The notes beneath the pieces were generated by a model. The model saw nothing but the letters and a program-made list of their open reading frames with translations. It did no database searches and was not told the DNA's origin. The position numbers and the translations under genes were made by a program. A DNA stretch of 31,636 nt from a bacterium. Lineage in GTDB: Bacteria > Zhuqueibacterota > Zhuqueibacteria > Oceanimicrobiales > Oceanimicrobiaceae. The stretch covers positions 1-31,636 of the forward strand of contig JBHHXT010000039.1 in assembly GCA_046757165.1 (NCBI GenBank), in the 5' to 3' direction. Positions 7,254 through 16,277 of the stretch are shown here, in pieces (position 1 is the first letter of the stretch; each line of letters starts with the position of its first letter).

Positions 7254-9869
7254 CTATTTCATCAGGACCAATTTCATAACTTGCACAAACTGCCCGGCGC
7301 TGAGCTGGTAAAAATAGACGCCGCTTGCAATCGGCCGCTCTGAAGCGTCACGGCCGTTCCAGACCACAGAATGGCGCCCCGGCTGCAATTTCTCATTCAC
7401 CAGTACTTTCACCGTCTGTCCCAGCGCATTGAATATTTTCAGGTTCACAGTCATCGCTTCCCCGGCCGGGACGCCGAATTCTATGGTCGTCGAAGGGTTG
7501 AATGGATTCGGGTAATTCTGCTCGAGCGAGAACGCTTTCGGAACGCGCGAGTCGACATCGTGCTGCACCGGTGGATTGGCCGGGTCGTAGTTCGCCTCGC
7601 GCAACCAGAGCTGCGAAATCATCGCATCGCCCTCGCCATCTATCTTGCTGACTCGAACTTCAATCTCGCCATCGGAATAAATGTCCCCCGGTAGTGGCTG
7701 CCATTCCACACGTTTACGTCCAACCTGTACCTCAAAGTCGTCAGTGAAGCGTGTTTCGTCCACCGTGATACGTTGCTTCAGATAGTCGCCTACCTTATTG
7801 AAAAACTCGGCGCTCATCTCGTATTGCACGGCTGGATTTAGCTCTGTGAAGCGGTAGACCACTTCCGAGGGATGTTTTGCGATGGTTTCATGCGGCTCAG
7901 TGCCCCATGTCTGGCTGCGGACGCCCTGCACCAGGTGAGCGTCGTGGTAGATGTCGCTGCCGCTGTCTTCATGGTAGTACAGCGGCAAATAGAATGCTGG
8001 CGTCTCTTCGAGTGCAGTCATGGTGCCGTAGCTCGACTGCGCTGACAGTTGCAGGCGGTAAAAGCCGGGCCTCACTTGCCAGCCGATGTCATCCCGGCGG
8101 TCCCAGGTAAATCTCTTGACACCAGGCACCAACCAGCCCAGCGGAATTTGCCGGACCGTGTGATCGGTCTGTTCGTCCGTCAGGGCCAGGCTGACTTTGC
8201 CATGGTCGGTCAGCTTCGAGTGCACCGCCAGATGGTCGAGGTCCTGGCTCAACGTAACCTTGAACGCTTGCAGTTGCAATCCAAGCTGATAGCGCTCGGC
8301 ACCAGAGGTTTCAGACCACCTTTCGAGTACAAACGCCTGGTCATAGCCTGACCAGATCTGTCTTGCCTCTGCTGCAATGGAAACCTGACCAAAAATCACG
8401 TGCACGTTGACGGGATCGACACAGCCGTGCCCGGTTCCTGCAACGACTGCCAGCGGCTGCAAATCCGCCGTCAGCTTTTGAACCTCACAATAGCTGCGGT
8501 CCGTGACATAAAGATTCCCCCAATGGTCCACGTCAATCGAGGTGAGCTGGCTTTCTTCCCGGCTCTCGTAATGGTTCTGCCAGTGCAGACCGTCGGCATT
8601 AACGGACAACTCCACAATGCGGCGGTTGCCGGTATCGGCGACATAGAGAGAGTTGGTGCACACGCCATTGAACCGTCCTGGCGTGATAGCTTTCGGGCTG
8701 AAAAAGCCGCCTTCTCCCCTTCCATACTCGCCGAACGTGTAACGCAGCGTCGTGTTTTCTTCCTGCAAAGTAAAGCCTACGATACGATGATTGCCGGTGT
8801 CTGCCACCCAGATGATATCGTCTGTTCCATCGAACGGCGTGCCGGCATCATCCCAGGCGACGTCGTACGGATGGTTCAAAACGGTATTGCCAAAATCGAA
8901 TTGATAGTGCAACTGTGTTTCCTCACCCTTTCCTCGCAGGCTCAGCACAACGATGCGATTGTTGCCCGTGTCTGCGACATAAACTCTCCCGTCTGCATCC
9001 CGGTCGATGCCGTGCGGACGATTCAAATCCCCCGGGCCGCCACGATTGCCATACGCCTTAATCCAGCCGTCATAATCACCGTAGATGATTCGGTTCCACG
9101 CCGGGTCGGTCACAAGCTGCGCGTATCTTGCGGTGAAAAACGGCGCCTCGTTGAGCTGTGTTACTGAGGAGACTAGCACCCCTGCGTAGGGCTTCTGGAA
9201 AAGCGTCCGGCCCAGCCTTTCCTTCGTGACGGCCCGTGTCAGTTTGTCGATGCCGTGGTCGCGGCTTAACGCTTTGTGAATCAGAGTCGGGGCCTTCTGG
9301 CTGCTCTTCTCGCTATAGAGTTCAAAGGTGTCATCGCTGAAATCAGATTGCGATGCAGCGCTGGTGACGCTGTCAAAAGCATTCAGACTGGCAAACAGGC
9401 CGCTGGTGCTCTGCAGTTTCCATTGGTTGCGTACGGTTTTGAAGGTCAAAACAATCTCTTTTTCAGAACCTGAAGTCGCAGGAGAAACCTTGGTCACCAC
9501 CACAGCCTGATCGCCTTCAAAAGAAATTTTCTGTGTCCTTAATTCTATATTCGGCATGCTGCGAGCATTTAGTGACTCGAACAAGTCACTTTTCTTAAAA
9601 AAACTTAACTTCCGGTTCCCGGCGAGATGGGTCAGGGCCCGCGGCTCATCAAATTCCTCAGCCAGGACCGCCCGAAACATCTGGAGGTTGCCGGTCCGTA
9701 GAGCTTGCCGCACCTGATCGATCGCTAGCTGGAGCAGCCCGGGCTCATCGATCTTAGCCTGAAACAAGCCAAGCGCCTCGGGTTTGGATTTCTTGAAGGA
9801 TAAGAACCCGAATGCGGTCAGGGATAGGCAGCAGGCGATAAGGAACCCGGAAGTTGTCTTGCTGTTCAT
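7254..9869 (-). CDS. Secreted NHL-repeat beta-propeller protein with internal FlgD-Ig domain and T9SS-type CTD
   Basis: N-terminal hydrophobic segment; repeated YVADTGNNRI/WVADTGNHRI/YVADTGNRRI; WDRRDDIGWQVRPGFY FlgD-like motif; QNYPNPFN...WNG...SGVY CTD. Confidence 0.9.
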   Translation of the reverse strand: MNSKTTSGFLIACCLSLTAFGFLSFKKSKPEALGLFQAKIDEPGLLQLAIDQVRQALRTGNLQMFRAVLAEEFDEPRALTHLAGNRKLSFFKKSDLFESLNARSMPNIELRTQKISFEGDQAVVVTKVSPATSGSEKEIVLTFKTVRNQWKLQSTSGLFASLNAFDSVTSAASQSDFSDDTFELYSEKSSQKAPTLIHKALSRDHGIDKLTRAVTKERLGRTLFQKPYAGVLVSSVTQLNEAPFFTARYAQLVTDPAWNRIIYGDYDGWIKAYGNRGGPGDLNRPHGIDRDADGRVYVADTGNNRIVVLSLRGKGEETQLHYQFDFGNTVLNHPYDVAWDDAGTPFDGTDDIIWVADTGNHRIVGFTLQEENTTLRYTFGEYGRGEGGFFSPKAITPGRFNGVCTNSLYVADTGNRRIVELSVNADGLHWQNHYESREESQLTSIDVDHWGNLYVTDRSYCEVQKLTADLQPLAVVAGTGHGCVDPVNVHVIFGQVSIAAEARQIWSGYDQAFVLERWSETSGAERYQLGLQLQAFKVTLSQDLDHLAVHSKLTDHGKVSLALTDEQTDHTVRQIPLGWLVPGVKRFTWDRRDDIGWQVRPGFYRLQLSAQSSYGTMTALEETPAFYLPLYYHEDSGSDIYHDAHLVQGVRSQTWGTEPHETIAKHPSEVVYRFTELNPAVQYEMSAEFFNKVGDYLKQRITVDETRFTDDFEVQVGRKRVEWQPLPGDIYSDGEIEVRVSKIDGEGDAMISQLWLREANYDPANPPVQHDVDSRVPKAFSLEQNYPNPFNPSTTIEFGVPAGEAMTVNLKIFNALGQTVKVLVNEKLQPGRHSVVWNGRDASERPIASGVYFYQLSAGQFVQVMKLVLMK

Positions 9870-9887
9870 GTGATGTTCCCCTGCAAG

Positions 9888-10982
9888 TTAGTAGTTCAAA
9901 ACCAGCCCAAGTTGAAAGATGTCGGCGGTAAAATCATTGGAAGTGAAGTACCGTTCGTATTTGGCCTCAAATGTGGCATTGGACATGAAAGAAAGAAAGC
10001 CATCCTGCAACAAATCCGTGAGCTTGTATTCAATCTTGAATCCGAACAGATGCGCGTTGAATTTCTCCAGCTTGTAATCTGAAGTCATGACCTGCTGCAC
10101 CGCCGGGTAGGTGTCGCGAAAGAAGTAAGCCGCACTTTGCTGGTAATAGCGGTAGCGGTAGCGAATGAGCACTTTGTCATTGAAATACTGGTGGTAGAAG
10201 AAGCTCATCGTGTGTGACTGCACCTGCCAGTCGTCACGATAGAAACGGTACTCCATGTGCAGCGAGGTTTGCGTTTTGAAGTAGCGATTGAGCTTCAGAA
10301 AAACCGCGGCGCGCGTCCGCTGCAACGGATGGTTCTCCAGCAAAATCTCGCCGGCGGCGTTCACCGTGCGGTAAGGATTGCTCTGAAAACCGTCTGCATA
10401 GGAGAGGTCCACACCGGCCCGCCCGATCAATTTCGGACTCAACGCCTGCGTCAGCGTGAGATTGGCGCTGTGGGAGCGCTTCGTGTGCGATGTATCAGCT
10501 CCCAGCGGCCGGATGTCATCCCAACCATAACTGTAGGAGGCGGCGACATTCGTGTTTCTCTGATTGAAATCGACGTCCCCTGCAACGGTGACCATTCTGC
10601 CGAGGTAGTCACTTTCACGACTGTAGTAGTAGCTCGTACGAAAACCAGGCAACGCCAGGCCGATATTGAGCTCGTTGCGGTCCTTGGTGAACGACTCGTT
10701 CGCTGGCTCATCTTCGTCAACCGGACGCGAGGCGCCGGTAATACCATCCGTGGGGGAAGGTGTGGCAGCGAGTCCGCGAATCGGCGGGATGATCACGCGA
10801 TCTAGGCTATAGCGCATCAAAAACTCCAGATTGCCCAGCACCCGTTTTGCGATCTCCACCGCTGGCGACTGCACGGTTGTCCCGCTGTTGTCGCTGAACA
10901 GATTGGTACGGAAGCTGACTTTCTCGTCGGCCAGGACAGAGGGAATGAATGCCAGCAAGAGAATACAGGTAACAAGTTTCAA
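9888..10982 (-). CDS. DUF3570-family outer-membrane beta-barrel protein
   Basis: Signal peptide; DGITGAS motif; SRESDY, G.QSNPY, ENHP..R.R, YRFY.DDW and RYRYY.Q.AA.F motifs; aromatic C-terminal strand; adjacent to DUF4266 and TlpA. Confidence 0.85.
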   Translation of the reverse strand: MKLVTCILLLAFIPSVLADEKVSFRTNLFSDNSGTTVQSPAVEIAKRVLGNLEFLMRYSLDRVIIPPIRGLAATPSPTDGITGASRPVDEDEPANESFTKDRNELNIGLALPGFRTSYYYSRESDYLGRMVTVAGDVDFNQRNTNVAASYSYGWDDIRPLGADTSHTKRSHSANLTLTQALSPKLIGRAGVDLSYADGFQSNPYRTVNAAGEILLENHPLQRTRAAVFLKLNRYFKTQTSLHMEYRFYRDDWQVQSHTMSFFYHQYFNDKVLIRYRYRYYQQSAAYFFRDTYPAVQQVMTSDYKLEKFNAHLFGFKIEYKLTDLLQDGFLSFMSNATFEAKYERYFTSNDFTADIFQLGLVLNY

Positions 10983-11067
10983 GAGCTTTGGTTTCCTTTA
11001 GTGACGAATTGAATCCTATACCATTCTACGAGTCATGAGCATCGTCTACCGGGAAGCGGGGATGAAC

Positions 11068-11286
11068 TCAATTGCATGCACAGCCTCCGCCAGCGCCTCC
11101 ATGTCCCCCCATGCTCCCTTCGCGTGTCTCCAGAAAGTGGCGCTCCATGGCGGTCTCCTCGGCCACCACATCAAAGGCCATGATGCGGTCTGCCAGGTTC
11201 TCGCGCTCATACGGCTTGACAGTCGCGCAGGCGCTGAAAACAAAGGGGCACATCGAGCTGACGAGTATCAAAGTCATAAAACGCAT
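11068..11286 (-). CDS. DUF4266-family small lipoprotein
   Basis: FSAC lipobox-like site, VKPYERENLADRIM, and C-terminal REGSMGGHGGAGGGCACN; GAGGAG RBS. Confidence 0.9.
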   Translation of the reverse strand: MRFMTLILVSSMCPFVFSACATVKPYERENLADRIMAFDVVAEETAMERHFLETREGSMGGHGGAGGGCACN

Positions 11287-11291
11287 GTTCT

Positions 11292-11846
11292 CTACTCCTC
11301 GAGGTTTGTTTCATTTTTTCTGGTTGTCCGCTTACTCCTCCCTCTCTTCCTTTTTCCATCCCTGAGCAAGGTGTCGATTTGCTCTCTGTACTCCTGGAAG
11401 TGCTCGGCCTTAAAGCCGGAGTGGAGGTAACGAATCCAGCCGTCCCGGTCGATGATAAAGGTCGTGGGCATGGCTTCGACATCGTATGCAGAAACGACCT
11501 CTTTCTTTTTGTCCCACAGCGACCTGAGTTTGATCGAGTAGGTTTGCAGAAATTCAAGGGCCTTTTGGGGCTGATTGTCGATGTTGACTGCGACGACTTT
11601 CAGCCCGTGTTTGCTGTACTTTTTGCGCAGGAGGTCCAGAAAGGGCAGCTCCTGACGGCAGGGCTTGCACCAGCTCGCCCAGAAGTCGAGCACCACCACG
11701 TGGCCGCGCAATTTGCTCAGCGTCACCTGCTCGCCATCAAATGTGGTCAGAGAAAAATTCGGGGCCTTGCTGCCGACCACCGGCTGCTTGGTCAGCGCTG
11801 GCTGTGCGACCAGCGCAACGAGCAAAACAATTGCGTTTCTCTTCAC
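11292..11846 (-). CDS. TlpA-family exported thiol-disulfide oxidoreductase
   Basis: APNFSL...VVLDFWASWCKPC...MPTTFIIDRDG. The GTG at 11846 (AAGG upstream, signal peptide follows) is preferred over the track start 11918, which overlaps the upstream gene. Confidence 0.9.
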   Translation of the reverse strand: MKRNAIVLLVALVAQPALTKQPVVGSKAPNFSLTTFDGEQVTLSKLRGHVVVLDFWASWCKPCRQELPFLDLLRKKYSKHGLKVVAVNIDNQPQKALEFLQTYSIKLRSLWDKKKEVVSAYDVEAMPTTFIIDRDGWIRYLHSGFKAEHFQEYREQIDTLLRDGKRKRGRSKRTTRKNETNLEE

Positions 11847-11862
11847 GTTCGTGCACCTTGTC

Positions 11863-13797
11863 TTATCTGTATTGGGCCCCGAGGTCAACCCAGTTGACGA
11901 ACTGGCGAATTTCGTCATCTGTGAGCGTATTCTCGCCGTCCGGGTGCGGGCCGGCCCCCTGGAATTCCTCCAGCCCCAGCAGTCTATTGATCAGGCGGCT
12001 CTTACGAGAGCGAGGCGTGCTGCGGAACCGGCTGCCGGCGTTGTCTTCCATCTCGAAGAGGTTCAGGTAAGCCAACGAAAACAGCGGCTCGTTGACATCC
12101 TTTGACAGGTTCAGGTCGAGGTTGCCGCCGGGTGTGGCACCACTGTGGCAGCTCACACATTTCGACGAGATGATCGGCTCGATGGCGAAGCCGAAGCTGA
12201 CATTCTGCCGCCCATCTTGCGGCCCCACCAAATCTGTCGCTGGCAGCGTGGCCGCCATCGGGCTTGAATTACCGGACTCCTGGCCGCGTGGACCGTGGCA
12301 GCCGGTGCACCTCGGGAACGCTTCGCCCGGACGAATCGTAACCCAATTGCGCTTGATGACAATCGCCCGTCCAAGGGAATCCAGCGTATTGAATGAAATC
12401 GGAATGTTGGCGGGCACGCGAACGGAAAAGGAGCCGTCCGGCTGCACCGGCGCCACGCCGATGATGCGTTTCTGCTCAAAGCTGTTCCCGCCGATGGGGC
12501 CGCGGTCGCCTCTTGGCCGTGGCATGCCCTCGATGACCATCACGTGCTTGACTTCCTGTATGGCTTTGTCTGGCCGCGGCTGGCCATCGTTTTGCTGCCG
12601 GAAGTAGACGTCCTGCACGGTAAACACGCCTGAGGGTTGTGCCCGGTCCAGGGTCGACGGAATCACCGGTGGCACGGGCCGGTCGCCGATGACCACCGCG
12701 TCGTACTCGTGGTAATCCGGGTCATTATAGAGCAGGCGTAGGTCACTGCCGTCCGGCTCCAGCGTGTACAACCCGAAGTCTGGCTCGATTTCCTCCACGA
12801 CATTGTCGTTATCATCCGTGAAGGTACCATGTCTCGGCGAAAATGAAACGAGCACCCGGCCATTTGGCAGGGGGTGCGGATATTTGAACACACCCTTTTC
12901 ATAGGGTGGCCCGCTGGTTTCCACCTCCGGCGTGATGTTGATGACATCCGCTTCTGCCATCGGCTCGCCGGCGGCTGCGGTGTGTTTGACGATCACCAGC
13001 GGACCGCGGTCCCCGTTGACCATACCGGAATGCACAGCGATAATGCGCCCATCCGGCAGCTCGCGCGCATGGAAGAACGTGCGCATCCGGTGCGGGCTGA
13101 AAAATGTGAACGTGCCGTGTCCATCCGGGTGAGTGAAGAAGAGCGGGAAGCGGTTGATCGGGCCGTGGTGCTCCCAGCGCGTGTACAAAATCCTGCCGTC
13201 GCGCATGACAATCGGGTCGAAATCGTCGCTGGCGTTGAATGAGATGCATTCGATGTTGCTCCCGTCTGCGTCCATGATGTGCATCACTTCTGCGTCGCGC
13301 TTGTTGTATTCGTCTACAAAGCCGGGACGATTGGAAGTGAATAGAATTTTGCCGTTCGGCAGATAAAGGGGATCGTGGTCGTCATGCTCCGGGTCGCGGG
13401 TCAACTGGCGCAGGCTGGTGGCGTCAACGTTCATTTCATAGATGTTGAAGCTATCGTTGCGATTGCGGCGCATGGAAAAGAGCACACGCAGCCCGTCGTA
13501 TGAAATCTCCGGATCGCAGACATCTCCTTCGGTGAGATTGGTCAAATTGGTCAGCTTTCCACCCGGCGAGGCCGGAATCAGGGAGAACAAATTCCCGCCG
13601 GCGGAGAACCTGTTGAGCGTGCCCTCACGCGTCGCTTTGACAAAGATGATCCCGGATGGCGCGGACTCCTGGATGAGATCATCCGGCACGCCGCCGCTGC
13701 AGCCGGCGGCAAGCAGGGCGGTCAGGCTGAAGGTGAGCAGCCTGTCTTTTGTTTTACCTCTCTTCTCTTCTTTTGTGAGGTCTCGGTGTCTGTCCAT
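11863..13797 (-). CDS. Hydrazine-synthase-alpha-related lipoprotein: TolB/PD40-like propeller, HzsA-like middle domain, two c-type heme motifs
   Basis: AAGGAG RBS; LAAGC lipobox; DPEISYDG..VLFSMR, DPLYLPNGKILFTSNR and DGRILYTRWEH; GVAPVQPDGSF...VPANIP; CTGCH (12295-12309) and CVSCH (12145-12159); WVDLGAQY end. Confidence 0.85.
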   Translation of the reverse strand: MDRHRDLTKEEKRGKTKDRLLTFSLTALLAAGCSGGVPDDLIQESAPSGIIFVKATREGTLNRFSAGGNLFSLIPASPGGKLTNLTNLTEGDVCDPEISYDGLRVLFSMRRNRNDSFNIYEMNVDATSLRQLTRDPEHDDHDPLYLPNGKILFTSNRPGFVDEYNKRDAEVMHIMDADGSNIECISFNASDDFDPIVMRDGRILYTRWEHHGPINRFPLFFTHPDGHGTFTFFSPHRMRTFFHARELPDGRIIAVHSGMVNGDRGPLVIVKHTAAAGEPMAEADVINITPEVETSGPPYEKGVFKYPHPLPNGRVLVSFSPRHGTFTDDNDNVVEEIEPDFGLYTLEPDGSDLRLLYNDPDYHEYDAVVIGDRPVPPVIPSTLDRAQPSGVFTVQDVYFRQQNDGQPRPDKAIQEVKHVMVIEGMPRPRGDRGPIGGNSFEQKRIIGVAPVQPDGSFSVRVPANIPISFNTLDSLGRAIVIKRNWVTIRPGEAFPRCTGCHGPRGQESGNSSPMAATLPATDLVGPQDGRQNVSFGFAIEPIISSKCVSCHSGATPGGNLDLNLSKDVNEPLFSLAYLNLFEMEDNAGSRFRSTPRSRKSRLINRLLGLEEFQGAGPHPDGENTLTDDEIRQFVNWVDLGAQYR

Positions 13798-13908
13798 AGA
13801 TGTTCTCTCCTTGGGCGCTCAGTGCGCTGACAATGAACAACGCTTTATCGATAGTTGACGGCCCGTACTTAACGCCTACGTAAATAAGTGAATAAGCAAG
13901 TATTTCAC

Positions 13909-13962
13909 CGTAGCCATACCCCGTATCCTCGGAGAAGCGACCCACAAGGGGTCGTGGCTACG
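13909..13962. repeat. Degenerate GTAG-type REP doublet / structured element
   Basis: Bounded by CGTAGCCA...TGGCTACG; internal hairpin CGACCC-ACAAG-GGGTCG; arms read GTAGCCATACCCC and (reverse complement) GTAGCCACGACCCC. Confidence 0.55.
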
Positions 13963-13979
13963 TCCTTCCCTGGCCCCGC

Positions 13980-14525
13980 TCACTGTAGAAAAAAAGAGAC
14001 GCCGATGGCAAACTCCAGGTTGTTGTTCAACCAGGAGGTGTCTTCTTGCCCGCTCGAGAAAATGTGGTCGTTGATCTCATAGCGGAGATAGGTGGTTTTT
14101 CCGATCGGGAACTTTGTACCAACTCCCAGACTCACGGTCAGGTTGGATTCGGAATGCTGGCGCGTCACGCCCAGCCCGACGGTGCCATAGGGCACGACGC
14201 GGCCAAGCGGCAGCGAATGCGTCACGCGGCCGCTGTAATAAACGACTGTCGAGCTGCCCTGCTCAGGCGCTGCCAGGCCGACCTTTTGCAAAAAATCCTG
14301 GCCGGCTCTGGCAAAGCCGACGGTTGCCCCCAGGGAGAGCCGCTGGTCAAAATGGTGCTCATACCGGATTCCGAAGTTGAGCGAATTCTGAAATCTGTCC
14401 GCCGCATAAAAGCCGGTGAACGGAAACAGCTCGTGCACTTTCGAGCCGGATTGGGCAAAAGCGCTGCATGCGAGTGGGAGGCTTGCCAGTAGAGCGAATC
14501 CAATTCTTTTCATCTTCAAATCCAA
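13980..14525 (-). CDS. Small outer-membrane beta-barrel protein (OmpA/OMP_b-brl-like); ATG at 14513 is an alternative start
   Basis: Signal peptide ending AFA-Q; alternating beta strands; VPYGTVGLG; C-terminal NNLEFAIGVSFF. Confidence 0.8.
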   Translation of the reverse strand: MDLKMKRIGFALLASLPLACSAFAQSGSKVHELFPFTGFYAADRFQNSLNFGIRYEHHFDQRLSLGATVGFARAGQDFLQKVGLAAPEQGSSTVVYYSGRVTHSLPLGRVVPYGTVGLGVTRQHSESNLTVSLGVGTKFPIGKTTYLRYEINDHIFSSGQEDTSWLNNNLEFAIGVSFFLQ

Positions 14526-14570
14526 ACTCCTGATTTAGAGGCGTGGTGGAGGTTGAGTCCCCCGGCGCCT

Positions 14571-15533
14571 TTAGTCCCAAAACTTCCCGACCAGCAACCC
14601 AATGGTCACCTCCTTGAAGTGTCTCACGCCTTTGCCAACAAAGACGGTGTAGACGGAGGCGTTGACCAGCAGTGAAAGATTCTGCCGAACAAATTTTCTG
14701 GCACCTACGCCATAGTTGACCGCCATGTGGGACACGCTACCGGTGTCGATGCTGCGCTCTGGCACCGTGTTGATGACCCCCATGCCGCCGGTCAGGTAGG
14801 GCAGCCAGGATTTTCTTTGCTGCAAAAGGTACAAGAAATTCGCCATGATCAAGTAGGAATCCGCTGCCTGGCCGAGCGCGTGCTTGAACGAGCCTTCCAA
14901 AGCCAGGCGTGGTGTCTGGTGGAAGACGAACTTCCAGTTGTAGGTGAAATCTGTTTCCAGCACCCCCATTCCGAAGGCGTAGCCAAACCGGCGGTACGTC
15001 GAACCCTCGCTTTGGTAGGACGTTGCAGGCCGGATTTCGTCCGGAGCGCGACCGCCGGAAGCGGGCACGCCACGTCGTGACGTGCCCTTCGCTGCCGCAG
15101 CACCCCGGTGACCGTTCGTGGCCGCATGCAGCTCAGGTTGCCGTGACATTTGCCCGGCCCGGCCCTGGCTGGCCGTGCGCCGCTTTTGGCTTCTGGCACG
15201 CTGCCGCTCGCGGTCTGGCAACTGAACTTGCATCCACCCCTTCTTTCCAGGAGCAAATTCAATCTTGACCCACTTGCTGCGCTGCCCGATGACGCGCACG
15301 GTATCCCCTTTCACGAGAACGGTCAGGGGTGAATCGTCGACCATCGGTAACGAAAAGACTTTGACGCCGTCGAGGGCGATGAGCGCCCGCTGCTGCGCGG
15401 TTGCTTGTGCGGTTGTGCCAACCAACGCGAGCACCGCAAAGCAGGCAAAGAGATAGGCACACCCGCCATCGAAAAGAAGCACGGCGCCAGAGCGGCTTCC
15501 AAGGCACAAGTTGGTTGTCGTTGAATCAGTCAT
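14571..15533 (-). CDS. SH3-like domain + basic linker + outer-membrane beta-barrel protein (start uncertain)
   Basis: LVKGDTVRVIGQRSKWVKIEF...GW SH3b-like motif; Arg/Ala-rich linker; LPYLTGGMG...VNYGVGARKF barrel strands. Confidence 0.75.
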   Translation of the reverse strand: MTDSTTTNLCLGSRSGAVLLFDGGCAYLFACFAVLALVGTTAQATAQQRALIALDGVKVFSLPMVDDSPLTVLVKGDTVRVIGQRSKWVKIEFAPGKKGWMQVQLPDRERQRARSQKRRTASQGRAGQMSRQPELHAATNGHRGAAAAKGTSRRGVPASGGRAPDEIRPATSYQSEGSTYRRFGYAFGMGVLETDFTYNWKFVFHQTPRLALEGSFKHALGQAADSYLIMANFLYLLQQRKSWLPYLTGGMGVINTVPERSIDTGSVSHMAVNYGVGARKFVRQNLSLLVNASVYTVFVGKGVRHFKEVTIGLLVGKFWD

Positions 15534-15587
15534 CGGTCATCGAATCTCATCGCTGTCGTGGTCTGGAGGCCCGATGGGCGTTTATCA

Positions 15588-16214
15588 TTAAAGACCAACC
15601 ACGAATCCCAGTCGAAACTCGCTATTTTGTGCAAGTGCTGGTTCTTCAGTGCGCGATACGCGTGCGCCCAATTTGTACAGCAACCGGTTGAATCCAACCT
15701 TGATCTGAGTCCTTTTCGTCAGGGGCACCAGAAGGCCAGCGCCAAGATTGACCGTCACCAAATGGTCGACCGGCGGCTCAATCACCGTGGTTTGCCCGGC
15801 GCCAATCTCGAGGCGCACGGCATGCGGATCAATGGTCATCACACCTGCGCCCACACTCAGAAAGGGTCGCAATCGCCAGAGAATTGGCCTCAGGCCCCCG
15901 AATCTGAGGTTCAGGCTGACAGGGTAAACCGAATACCTGGCGCTGACTTCGGATGCTGCATGTGAAATCTGCTGTTGGGTGGGAGTAAAAGAAAAAGCAA
16001 GGTTAAGCTGAAGTGCGTCGGTGATACCATAACCTGCGCCCAACCCGAAAGACGGACTTGCGTCGAATGCGAGATGATGATCGAAGAAGAAAACTCCGGC
16101 GGAGCTTTCCAGTTGAAATTTTGGCTTTAAATCCTGGCCCTGGCTGACTGAATAAGACGAAACCAAGGTTGCAATGCCGAGAAGAAGTCTAAAGCCGCCT
16201 GTCCAGCGTTTCAC
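15588..16214 (-). CDS. Small outer-membrane beta-barrel protein
   Basis: Signal peptide; FGLGAGYG, RPFLSVGAG, VNLGAGL and final EFRLGFVVGL strands. Confidence 0.8.
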   Translation of the reverse strand: MKRWTGGFRLLLGIATLVSSYSVSQGQDLKPKFQLESSAGVFFFDHHLAFDASPSFGLGAGYGITDALQLNLAFSFTPTQQQISHAASEVSARYSVYPVSLNLRFGGLRPILWRLRPFLSVGAGVMTIDPHAVRLEIGAGQTTVIEPPVDHLVTVNLGAGLLVPLTKRTQIKVGFNRLLYKLGARVSRTEEPALAQNSEFRLGFVVGL

Positions 16215-16277
16215 AGATGTTTGGATGTTTTCCCAAGGTGCTTAGCTTGTTTATGGCAAAAAGATGTTCCGTCCAAA

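Noticed and set aside
11028..11070. Selenocysteine read-through of the TGA after DUF4266 ...GCACN
   Set aside because: The family normally ends at CxCN, read-through adds only a short peptide, and I see no convincing SECIS hairpin.
11863..13797. Evidence for anammox / true hydrazine synthase
   Set aside because: No hzsB/hzsC-like neighbours; the protein is a shorter lipoprotein, and HzsA-like domains occur outside anammox bacteria.
16256..16270. Second sigma54-like motif GGAACATCTTTTTGC (minus strand)
   Set aside because: GG-to-GC spacing is 11 rather than the required 10.
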